A program made the translations under genes and the position numbers. From an uncultured Chloroflexia bacterium (lineage in GTDB: Bacteria; Chloroflexota; Anaerolineae; B4-G1; SLSP01), in contig CAVVUS010000011.1 in assembly GCA_963751345.1 (NCBI GenBank), forward strand, positions 256,001-320,000: DNA of 64,000 bases. The letters run 5' to 3'. The notes beneath the pieces were generated by a model, which was given only the letters and a program-made list of their open reading frames with translations, was not told where the DNA came from and ran no database searches. Below are positions 10,242 through 19,802 of the stretch, in pieces (position 1 is the stretch's first letter; each line of letters opens with the position of its first letter).

Positions 10242-11643
10242 CTACTTGATCCCATCTGACTCCCCCGTGATGTTCTGTTCGCGTATCGCGCGCGGGTCGT
10301 TGCGGGAGCTCAACCCGCGACCAGGCCAATAGAGCGTCGCCGGTATCTGCGCCTCACGGGCGGGCCCCGTTCCTCGCATCTGGAGCAGCGCCAGCCGCGC
10401 CCCAATCCTGGCACGCCCCGCTGCGCGGACGGCACCCCAGGTCGTGAGTGTGATCACCTGGTTCATAGCGTCGCTCCAGTTCTTGTAGAAGAGATCGAGG
10501 TCGGCGATCACGGTGGAATCGCGGATCTCGGTGCGGTGGATCGCCAGGTCCCACTCCAGGAGGTGCATCCCCTGCCCCCACTGGATGGGATCCTCCGACC
10601 CCATCTCCTCATCAATATGGACATCCAGGAAGAGGCGCTTGAAGGCGAGGACGTTAGCGTCGTAGCGTGCCGGAACGTCGCCCGAAAGGGCAGTCTCCAT
10701 TCTCCCCACGTCCTCTCGATGGATCTCGTGCTCCAGGTCCCACTCATACCGGTTCTCGACAAAGGGACCGTCGGTGACCGTGAGCGCGTCGCGATCTGCC
10801 CCGATGATGAGGTAGTGCACCCGGAGCACGTAGGGCGCGGAGAGGCGCCACTTGAGGAAACGGAAGAAGAACTCCCGGCCAAAGAGTCGGAAGAGGCGGC
10901 GGCGCAGCGTGTCGCCATCCTCGCCGATGATCGACCGCTTGACCTCCTCAACGTCGGTCAGTTGTTGGAGCTGGCGTTTGAGCCAGCGAGCGATGCGATC
11001 GACCCTGTGTCGATCGATGCCGCGCTTCGGACGGGCGGTGGACACCAGGGGCGGCGGGGCGTCCGGGATGCCGTCCCCATCGGTGTCAATACGGTTCAGG
11101 CGCTCGGTTTCGAGCCGCAGCGGGAGCAACTGGCACTCCGGACTGCGACAGTCAAAGCGCAGGTTGCCCAGAACGTGGAAGCGCACCTTGGTCCCATCGG
11201 CGTCGACCGTTGGATTGGTCACTTCTACGTCGAACGTCATGATCTTCTCGGAGTGTTCGTCCGCGTAGATATCGAACCCGTTGATCACGACCGTGTAGAC
11301 GTCACGTCCCTGCAGGTTGGGGGCCAGGTCCAGGTCCTCGACCCTGGCGACAAAGGGTGTGAGGTCACCGCGCTGGCATTCTGCGATGGTCTCGACGTAT
11401 CCGGACTTGAAAGGCTACCCCATCGGCCGCGTCGACCTGCGTGACGAACTCGGAGAAGTGGGCCGTGTCGTTACCTGTGCCGGACGCCGATGTGTGCCCG
11501 GCAACGGTGCGCGCGGCGCCGTCCGGTCCCTTGAGGTTGAGGACGTAGCTGCCAAATCGGTTCAGGCGGTGGTTGTATTCCCATGCGTGGCGGAATCCCT
11601 GCCAGATCCCGGCACGCGAGAGACCAGACTCACTATCGGGCAC
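10242..11643 (-). CDS. Hypothetical protein (~465 aa; frameshift at ~11410)
   Basis: ORFs 11365..11643 and 10242..11288 join if one T is removed from TTTCAAG; AGGAGA RBS; contains a DTDGDGIPD motif. Confidence 0.6.
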
Positions 11644-11842
11644 GCGCTTTCTTCTCCTTTTTGCTGGTGAACCGGAACCGGGGACACTGCGCCCTGGCCG
11701 AAAGGACAGGTCCGGTGTGATCTGTCGAACAGGTGCAAGATCGGCCCTGGGAGGGTTCGGGAATTGCGTCCACCACGGTATAATAAACCAAGATCACTGG
11801 AATTGATAGTCATATCTCTGTCTAGTCAGGAGTTGTTGCTCG

Positions 11843-12769
11843 ATGAACCCATCTGTGAGCGTTTCGCATTTGGCAAAGTCGTTCGGCCGGTTTCAGGCCG
11901 TTAAGGATGTCACCTTCGAGGTCTTCCCCGGAGAGATCTTTGGCCTTCTGGGTCCGAACGGTGCGGGAAAGACCACAAGCATCCGAATGATGCTCGATAT
12001 CTTTCGGCCGGACAGTGGAACGGTAGCGGTGTTCGGCGGTGAGATGACCGAGAAGAAGAAGAATCGCATCGGATACCTCCCGGAGGAGCGAGGGCTCTAC
12101 CAAGACCTCAAGCTGGAGCCGACGCTGATTTACCTTGCGACCCTCAAGGGGATGGACGAGGGTGACGCAAACGAGCGCCTCGTCGGGTGGCTAAAGCGAC
12201 TGGATCTCTACGAACACCGCGGGAAGAAAGTCCAGGAGTTGAGCAAGGGAATGCAGCAGAAAGCGCAGCTGATTGCCACGCTGATCCACGACCCCGAGCT
12301 ATTGGTCATCGACGAGCCATTCGCAGGCCTCGACCCGGTTAATACCCGGCTGGTCAAGGATATCATCGAGGAACAGCGAGACGCCGGGAAGGCCATCATC
12401 ATGTCGACCCATCAGATGTACCAGGTGGAGGCGCTCTGCAACCGTATCGTTCTGATCGACAAGGGCAATACCGTCCTCTACGGTGCGGTCGAGCAGATCA
12501 AGCGAGAGTTCGCGGGCAATGCCGTCACCCTGGAGGGGCAGGGGGACTTCTCTGAGCTGCCGGGCGTGCTCGAGTCGCGCAGGCACAACGGCACGTGGCA
12601 TCTGGCACTTGCGCCGGGCACATCGCCGCAGGATGTCTTCCACGCGCTCGCCGTGCGTGACGGGGTCAAGATCGAACGGTTCGAAGTGGCGGAGCCTTCG
12701 CTGGACGACATCTTCATCCAGGTCGTCAACGAGGGTCGCGAAGCTTCGGAGGGGGCAGCGAATGCGTAA
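11843..12769 (+). CDS. ABC-2 type transporter ATP-binding protein (NatA/YhaQ-like)
   Basis: GPNGAGKT, IGYLPEERGLY, LSKGMQQK, IDEPFAGLDPVN, EPSLDDIF. Confidence 0.92.
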   Translation: MNPSVSVSHLAKSFGRFQAVKDVTFEVFPGEIFGLLGPNGAGKTTSIRMMLDIFRPDSGTVAVFGGEMTEKKKNRIGYLPEERGLYQDLKLEPTLIYLATLKGMDEGDANERLVGWLKRLDLYEHRGKKVQELSKGMQQKAQLIATLIHDPELLVIDEPFAGLDPVNTRLVKDIIEEQRDAGKAIIMSTHQMYQVEALCNRIVLIDKGNTVLYGAVEQIKREFAGNAVTLEGQGDFSELPGVLESRRHNGTWHLALAPGTSPQDVFHALAVRDGVKIERFEVAEPSLDDIFIQVVNEGREASEGAANA

Positions 12770-14007
12770 GCTTTGGCTGTTGGCAAAGCACGAATATCTC
12801 AAGCGGGTTCAGAAGAAGTCATTTCTGATTGCGCTACTGGGATTCCCACTCCTGATGGTCGTCATCGGCGGTATCTCCATCCTGGCGACGCTGGGCGGGG
12901 GGGATGCACGCCCGATCGGCGTCGTCGATCAAGCGAACATCCTCGACCCCGGCCTACTGCCGTCCCTGCAGATCGAGCAGAAGGGGTATGTTGAGATCCT
13001 CGCCTATGAGTCTGAGTCCGCTGCCGCCGATGCCCTTGCGGGCGGCCAGATTCAGGCGTACTACGTCGTGCCGCAGGACTACCTGGCGGCCAAGGATGTC
13101 ACGCTGGTCCACGGCGGCAGCGAGCCCAAGCAGGCGATCAGTGAGGAGTTTTCGGCCTTTTTGCGCCAGAGCCTTCTGGCGCAGCAGAGCGCGACGACGC
13201 AGAAGCTCCTGTCCGGAGGGCTCAACCTCGAAATCAGTTCCGCTGATGGCCGGCGCCAGTTCTCGTCAGGCAACCTTATGAGTTTCCTGCTGCCTCTCAT
13301 TGTCACATTCCTCCTCTTCTTCGCGATAACGACGGCCGGAGGCTATCTGCTCCAGGCGATGACGGAGGAGAAGGAGAACCGCACGATGGAGGTCATCACC
13401 ACCTCGGTCTCGCCGGAACAGCTGATGGGAGGCAAATCGCTAGGACTCATCTCCGTGTCGTTGACCCAGGTCCTGACGTGGGTAGTTGTGCTGGCCATCG
13501 GGATCTTCGTTGCCGGTCGGTTTGTCGACGCCCTTCGAAATGTGCAGATTCCCATGGGATATGGTAGCGCTCACGGTTTTCTTTTTCGTCCCGACCTTCA
13601 CCCTGATTGCAGGCATCATGATTACCTTAGGTGCAGCCGTCACGGAGGCGCAGCAGGGGCAACAAGTTGCGGGCATCATCAACATTCTCTTCATTTTGCC
13701 CGTCTTCTTCCTGGCTCTGCTCTTCAGCCAACCTGACAGCCCGTTCCTGGTCCTCTTGACCTTCTTCCCAACGACGTCGTTCATCATGATCCTGCTCCGC
13801 TGGAGTCTCTCAACGGTGCCATGGTGGCAGCTGGCAGTCAGTTGGGTGGTGTTAGTTGTCAGCGCCCTGGGTAGCATCTGGCTGGGTGCGCGCGTCTTCC
13901 GGATGGGTATGCTGCGCTACGGTCAGCGGCTCAGCCTCAAGCAGATCGTGGAAGGATTGCGCAGTCACCGCACGTTGCCGGAGAAGGAGTCGGTAAGCCA
14001 TGCGTAA
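12762..14007 (+). CDS. ABC-2 permease (NatB/YhaP-like; frameshift at ~13553)
   Basis: EYLKRVQKKSF, EEKENRTMEV..SVSPEQLMGGK; remaining TM helices in the next frame (13486..14007). Confidence 0.85.
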
Positions 14008-15281
14008 CATTGTGCTCGTCATCAAACACGAGATCCGCCGAACTGTGGGCAAGCCGTCGTTCTGGCTTACGGCGTTTCTCTTCCCGCTCATCATCTTCAC
14101 AATCACGTTTGGGTCCCAGTTGCTTGCCAGTGGGATGAGCAACGGAAATTCCGGCAGCGACTTCCTCGGCACGATCAGTGGCCAGACCCCATCAACGGAG
14201 CAGCCACGAGGCTACGTGGACCTTGCCGGGGTTATCAAGCGCATGCCGGAAGGACTTCCGGCAGGTCTTCTGCGTCCGTACGCCGATGAAGCGTCTGCCC
14301 AGGATGCGACGGCACGTGGCGAAATCAGCCAATACTACGTCGTGCCGCCGGATTTCCTGTCGACCGGCGATATCGTGCTGGTCCAGGGCACCTTCTCGCC
14401 GTTCGAGGCACTTGGCTCGGGCAACATCTTCGAATACGTGGTCACCTACAACCTGACGGGCAACGCCGATACGGCGGCGCTGCTACTTGACCCGACGCCA
14501 ACGGTCCACGTTGTGACGCAGTCCAGCCCTGAAACGGGATCTGCCGGAGCCGGCGGTCAGACCGGGGCGGTCGGTTCCATTGCGTCTATGGGGATGCTCT
14601 TCATCTTCTTCTTCGTCCTCACGATGAGCAGTGGTTTCATGCTGCGCAGCGTGACGAAGGAAAAGGAGAGCCGCGTCGTGGAGATCCTCCTATCCAGCCT
14701 CGATCCTCGCGAGTTGATGCTCGGCAAGATCATCGGGCTCGGTGCCGTGGGGCTGCTTCAGATGGTTATCTGGCTCGGTGGGGGAATGCTGATCCTGCGA
14801 GAGGGATCGCCGGTCTTCGGCATCGCCTCTGCCGTGGTGGCGCTCGATTTCCCTCCGGGCTTCCTTCTCTGGGCACTGCTCTACTTCCTCTTGGGCTACA
14901 TGACCTTCGCCTCGGCCCTTGGCGCGATTGGCACGCTTGGCGCCCACCGCGCGCGAGGCGGGCCAGTTCACGTTCCTGGTATTGTTTCCCCTGATGGTCC
15001 CGATCTGGCTCAACACGGCTTTCATGCAGGCGCCCGAGGGGGCCCTCGTCACCTTCCTGAGCATCTTTCCTCTGACGTCGCCCGTCTCGATGATCGCCCG
15101 GTTGGCGGTGGTGCCGGTGCCGTTGTGGCAGCTGGCATTGAGCCTCGGCCTGATGGGGGCCACCACGTACGGGTTCGTGGTGTTGTCCGCGCGGTTCTTC
15201 AAGGCCGATACCTTGCTCTCCTCGGCGCCCCTGGATTTCAAGCGCCTTCTGACCGAGGTGCGGCAGCAATTCACGCGGTAG
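14000..15281 (+). CDS. Second ABC-2 permease (frameshift at ~14937)
   Basis: KEKESRVVEILLSS..ELMLGK; C-terminal TMs (FPLTSPVSM) in ORF 14919..15281. Confidence 0.85.
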
Positions 15282-15301
15282 GATCGGCACGGTCCGACAG
15301 C

Positions 15302-15332
15302 CCCCGCCCGACCCGTTTTGCGGTCGGGCGGG
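15302..15332. terminator. GC-rich hairpin after the ABC operon (terminator or REP-like)
   Basis: CCCGCCCGACC-loop-GGTCGGGCGGG, weak U-tract. Confidence 0.45.
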
Positions 15333-15396
15333 CTTCGTGCTACAATCCGGCCCGTGAACCCTTTTCGGCCCCTGGTCGCCTGGTGTCGGAGGCAGC

Positions 15397-16530
15397 GTGC
15401 GTGAATTAATGAATGGCGCGTCGGCTGTCGTTCGCGGCGCGCTGGCAGCCGGCTGCGATTTCTTTGCGGGGTATCCCATCACGCCGGCGACCCCCATCCT
15501 GTTGCAGATGATGCGGGAACTCCCACCCACGGGTGGGATTGCCGTCCAGGGGGAGGATGAGATCTCCAGTATCGGTATGTGCCTCGGTGCTGCCGCTGCC
15601 GGTCGCAGGGCACTGACGGCCACCAGCGGACCCGGTCTGAGCCTCTACAGCGAGAATATCGGCCTCGCGATGATGGCGGAGCTTCCGCTCGTGATCATCG
15701 ACGTACAGCGGCTAGGGCCGGCGACCGGCGGCGCCACGACGATCGGTCAAGGCGACGTTCAGTTCGCACGGTGGCCCACAGCGGGAGGGTACCCTATGAT
15801 CGTCCTGGCTCCCTCGTGCACCGCCGAGTGTGCCACCCTCACCGCACGAGCTTTTGATCTGGCGCAGCGTTTCCGGTGCCCCGTGATCGTATTGCTCGAT
15901 AAGGAGCTTAACCTGACCTCCACAACCGTGGATCTGGACGAGTGGATGCAGATTGCGACTTGGCATATCGATGGGCACCGCCGGCAGACGTCGTCTGCCG
16001 GCGAGCAGGATGCGCGTCTGCTCGGGCGCGCCACGCCGGTGCGCTTCACCGGCTCAACTCATGACGAACTCCAGACGATCACCAAGGATGCAGCCACCGT
16101 CGAGGCGCTCAATCACCGGCTTGCCACGAAATTCGAGGGACAGGAGGATCTGCTGGAGATGGTTCGCTCGCTCCCTTTGCCTGACCCGTCCTCCGAGATC
16201 GCTCGGGACGCGCCGCAGGAAGGGGAGGGGGTCCGGACACTGTTGATCTCCTATGGCACCTCGGCCGGCGCGATGGAGGCTGCGGTGCTCCGCGCTCGCG
16301 CTCAAGGCATGGCCGTGTCGGGCGCCGTCGTGCAGAGCCTGTGGCCGGTGCCTGAGCGGCTGCTCAGCCGTGCGGCAGAGAACGTGTCGCGCATCGTGGT
16401 CGGCGAGCTCAATCCCGGGCTCTATGTGCGGGAGATCCGCCGCCTTTTCCCCGGTAAGGACGTGATTAGCCTGCACCGTATTGATGGCAAGCTCATCACA
16501 CCGGGGATGTACCTCGCGGAGTGTCAATGA
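15397..16530 (+). CDS. korA: 2-oxoacid:ferredoxin oxidoreductase alpha subunit
   Basis: FAGYPITPAT, GEDEISS, ATSGPGLSL, QRLGPATG, ELNPG. Confidence 0.82.
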   Translation: MRELMNGASAVVRGALAAGCDFFAGYPITPATPILLQMMRELPPTGGIAVQGEDEISSIGMCLGAAAAGRRALTATSGPGLSLYSENIGLAMMAELPLVIIDVQRLGPATGGATTIGQGDVQFARWPTAGGYPMIVLAPSCTAECATLTARAFDLAQRFRCPVIVLLDKELNLTSTTVDLDEWMQIATWHIDGHRRQTSSAGEQDARLLGRATPVRFTGSTHDELQTITKDAATVEALNHRLATKFEGQEDLLEMVRSLPLPDPSSEIARDAPQEGEGVRTLLISYGTSAGAMEAAVLRARAQGMAVSGAVVQSLWPVPERLLSRAAENVSRIVVGELNPGLYVREIRRLFPGKDVISLHRIDGKLITPGMYLAECQ

Positions 16531-16597
16531 GACGAGACCTAGTTCACAGTTTCCGGTTGTCCGTTTTCAGTTCGGGACGCCATCCGGTGGTGTCACG

Positions 16598-17377
16598 GTG
16601 ACGTCGGTTCTGGTTCCCGTGGTGGTGGCGCTGGTAGGGTTGGCGGTTGGCAGCCTCGTCGTTCACACGGCCGAGGCCGCGCTGGCAAAGCGCCGGCTGG
16701 CAAGACCGATCTGTCCCTACTGTGCGCAGCCTCTGGCGCCGGTCCAGTGGAGCGCTACGGTGGCCACGATCACGGGCCGGGGGCGGTGTCGATCCTGCGG
16801 CCGACGGTTGCGGCTCCCCCGTCTGCTGGGCGAGCTCTTTCTCGCCGCAGCCTGGACGATGCTCATCGTGACCTATGGAGGCACCCCGCGCGTGCTGCTG
16901 GCGATGTTGGCCATCGTGCCGCAGACGATGATCATGGTGACAGATATCGAGGCTAAGCTCGTGCCCAACCGCATCATGCTCCCCTCGCTCGGCGTGGCGC
17001 TGGTGCTGGGCACAATCTTCGGCCCCCTGGTGCCCTTCCTCGACGCCACCGACTGGTGGCAGTCGCTCGCGGGCGCTGCGGTGGGCTTCGCAGTTTTCCG
17101 GGTGCTGGTGTGGATCGGCGTCGCGATCTTCGGCGAGGGGGCGCTCGGTGAGGGAGACATTACGCTCAGTGCTTACATCGGCGCGGTGTTGGGATTCCCG
17201 GTCGTGCTGGTTGCTCTCGTTCTCACTTTTGCCTTTGGTGGCATTGGGGCGCTGCTGGTGCTCGTGCTCCGGCGAGGGGCGCTCAGAACGGCGATTCCCT
17301 ACGGACCTTACATCGTCCTGGGATGCACGGTCACACTGATCTGGGGAGGAGCGATCCTGCGCTGGTATCTCGCCTGA
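16598..17377 (+). CDS. pilD: Prepilin peptidase (A24)
   Basis: CPYC..CRSC zinc motif, TDIEAKLVPN and GEGD catalytic Asp motifs, IPYGPY. Confidence 0.82.
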   Translation: MTSVLVPVVVALVGLAVGSLVVHTAEAALAKRRLARPICPYCAQPLAPVQWSATVATITGRGRCRSCGRRLRLPRLLGELFLAAAWTMLIVTYGGTPRVLLAMLAIVPQTMIMVTDIEAKLVPNRIMLPSLGVALVLGTIFGPLVPFLDATDWWQSLAGAAVGFAVFRVLVWIGVAIFGEGALGEGDITLSAYIGAVLGFPVVLVALVLTFAFGGIGALLVLVLRRGALRTAIPYGPYIVLGCTVTLIWGGAILRWYLA

Positions 17378-17562
17378 GCATGGGAACACGGGGCCGCCGC
17401 CCCGGACGTCACCCATGCCAATACCCCCGCCCAGACTCGAACTGGGATAACAGACTTAGGAGGTCTGCGTTCTATCCATTTGGACTACGGGGGCAACCTC
17501 GGCATTATAGCATGGTGGGGTGTTTCAGCAAGGCTCCCGACATAGCGGCAATGTGAGGAGAC

Positions 17563-18609
17563 ATGGAAATCTATTACCCGATACAATGGCTTGACGGGCA
17601 TCTTCGCCTTCTCGACCAGCGCAAGCTGCCCAGCGAAGTTGTCTACAATGATTACGACCGATATGACGATGTAGCGGACGCGATTCGCACGATGGTTGTG
17701 CGCGGCGCCCCCGCTATCGGCATCACGGCAGCGTATGGCATGGCGTTAGCGACACTGCAAAGTGAGGCGGTGACCGTCGAGGCAATGCGTGCCGACCTAG
17801 CCGTTGCGGCTGAGCTCCTGCGCCGCGCGCGACCCACCGCTGTGAACCTCTCGTGGGCGGTCAACCGTGTGCAGGAGCGTGCGGGCGATCCGGGCCTCGG
17901 GAGCGTCACCGCCATCCGCGATGCTGTACTTGCCGAGGCTCACGCCATCTACGAGCTGGAGGAGAAGTCCAACTACCAGATTGGCGTCAATTCGTTACCC
18001 CTGGTGCCTCATGGGGCAAAGATCATGCATCACTGCAACACCGGCCCGTTGGCGACCGGCGCGTATGGCACCGCCCTGCGCGTGATCATCGCTGCGCACG
18101 AGGCAGGCAAAGAGGTCCACGCCTACGTCGATGAGACTAGACCACGGCTGCAGGGCGCTCGTCTCACGGCTTGGGAACTGCAGCGGTTCGGCGTTCCCCA
18201 TTCCGTGATCGTGGACGGTGCTGCCGCCCACATCATGCGGACCGTCGGCGTCGATCTCTGTGTCGTCGGCTGCGACCGTGTAGCGGCCAATGGCGACACG
18301 GCCAACAAGATCGGGACGTACCACCTGGCGTTGGCGGCGCGGGCGCACGGGGTGCCGTTCTACGTGGTCGGGCCGACGAGTTCCATTGACATGGCGCTCG
18401 CCTCCGGGGACCTCATTGAGATCGAGCAGCGCCCGGCCGAGGAGGTCACCCATGTGATGGGGTGTCAGATCACCCCGGATGGGACGGCGGTCGAGAACCC
18501 TGCATTTGACATCACGCCGGCTGCCTACATCACCGCGATCATCACGGAGCGCGGCGTCGTCGTGCCGCCCTTTGACGTCAACCTGCGGAGGTTGATGGCA
18601 CGTGGCTGA
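17563..18609 (+). CDS. mtnA: S-methyl-5-thioribose-1-phosphate isomerase
   Basis: MVVRGAPAIG, RPTAVNL, HCNTG, ETRPRLQGARLTAWEL, NKIGTY, NPAFDITP. Confidence 0.95.
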   Translation: MEIYYPIQWLDGHLRLLDQRKLPSEVVYNDYDRYDDVADAIRTMVVRGAPAIGITAAYGMALATLQSEAVTVEAMRADLAVAAELLRRARPTAVNLSWAVNRVQERAGDPGLGSVTAIRDAVLAEAHAIYELEEKSNYQIGVNSLPLVPHGAKIMHHCNTGPLATGAYGTALRVIIAAHEAGKEVHAYVDETRPRLQGARLTAWELQRFGVPHSVIVDGAAAHIMRTVGVDLCVVGCDRVAANGDTANKIGTYHLALAARAHGVPFYVVGPTSSIDMALASGDLIEIEQRPAEEVTHVMGCQITPDGTAVENPAFDITPAAYITAIITERGVVVPPFDVNLRRLMARG

Positions 18610-18661
18610 GCCTGCTAGGTGCGTACGCCGGCAGGCAATCCCCGCCCACGGGGCATAGTAG

Positions 18662-19486
18662 ATGCCACTTGATCTGCGTCGTGCGGAGGGGGCACCGCCC
18701 AAGATCGTCGGCCATCGTGGAGCCATTGCCGTGGCACCCGAAAACACGCTGGCCTCCTTCGAGCGTGCGTGGCGTGATGGCGCCGACGTCATTGAGTTCG
18801 ACCTTCGCTTGTCGGCCGACGAGGAGGTTGTCGTCATCCACGATGCGACGCTGGACCGCACGACCAACGGTACCGGCTACGTCTCGGAGACCGTGCTTGA
18901 GGAGCTCAAGAAGCTGGACGCAGGTTCGTGGTTCGCTCCGGCGTACGCCGGGGAGCCGATCCCCACGCTGCGCGAGGTACTGGCTTGGGCCAAGGGTCGG
19001 ATCGGGCTCCTTCTGGAGCTGAAGTTCGAGTCTTACGGCGCATTTGATCCAACGCTTGTGCCGAAGGTGATGGCGGTGATCGACGAGACGCACGTCGTGG
19101 ATCAGGTCGCGGCCATCTCGTACCAGCCACGCGCGCTCGCACAGCTCAAGGCGATGGCCCCGCATATACCCGCCGGGCCTATGCCGCTGCGCGATCGTCT
19201 GCTCGAGGTTGGAGTATGGCTCCAGCGCCGGGTGCCCAGGCTTGGCGACACTCGCCCCTTCCGGCGGCTTCTGACCCGGCCGCTTCGTTTCACCCGTCAG
19301 TGGGGATGCGACATCGTGGCCCCTAATATCAGTGTGGTCTCGCCCGTGTTGGTGGATGCGGCGCACGGCGCCGGCCTCCCCGTTAGTTGTGGTGGACTGA
19401 ACTGGGACTATCCCGGAGCCATCCGAATGGGCGTGGACACCATCTCGGCCAACGACCCTGCGCTGATCCGCTCGCGATATCTCTGA
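18662..19486 (+). CDS. Glycerophosphodiester phosphodiesterase family protein
   Basis: GHRG..PENTLASF, IEFDL, HDATLDRTT, IPTLREVL, LELK. Confidence 0.9.
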   Translation: MPLDLRRAEGAPPKIVGHRGAIAVAPENTLASFERAWRDGADVIEFDLRLSADEEVVVIHDATLDRTTNGTGYVSETVLEELKKLDAGSWFAPAYAGEPIPTLREVLAWAKGRIGLLLELKFESYGAFDPTLVPKVMAVIDETHVVDQVAAISYQPRALAQLKAMAPHIPAGPMPLRDRLLEVGVWLQRRVPRLGDTRPFRRLLTRPLRFTRQWGCDIVAPNISVVSPVLVDAAHGAGLPVSCGGLNWDYPGAIRMGVDTISANDPALIRSRYL

Positions 19487-19598
19487 TGTCGCCGGCGATC
19501 TAGGACATCAGGACCAATATCCTATTGCGAATACCTACGAGTTGGATTATGGTATAGGCAACGATGACATCAATGGTGTCGCCCTCAGGGGGGGTGGA

Positions 19599-19760
19599 AT
19601 GATCTACATGCCGGCCGAAGATGGACAGGGACTGGTGGAGTACGCGCTGATTATCATGCTCATCGCGCTCGTGGTGATCGCGATCGTCACGATCTTTGGG
19701 ACGACGCTCCTAGAGACGTACAGCCGTATCACCTCAGAGGTGATAGGGGCTGGTGCGTAG
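19599..19760 (+). CDS. flp: Flp/Fap family type IVb pilin
   Basis: EDG|QGLVEYALIIMLIALVVI cleavage/Flp motif; GGGGGTG RBS. Confidence 0.88.
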   Translation: MIYMPAEDGQGLVEYALIIMLIALVVIAIVTIFGTTLLETYSRITSEVIGAGA

Positions 19761-19802
19761 CCAGGCCCAATAGTTCCCCACGATGTACGCCGCTGGCTCA
19801 GC

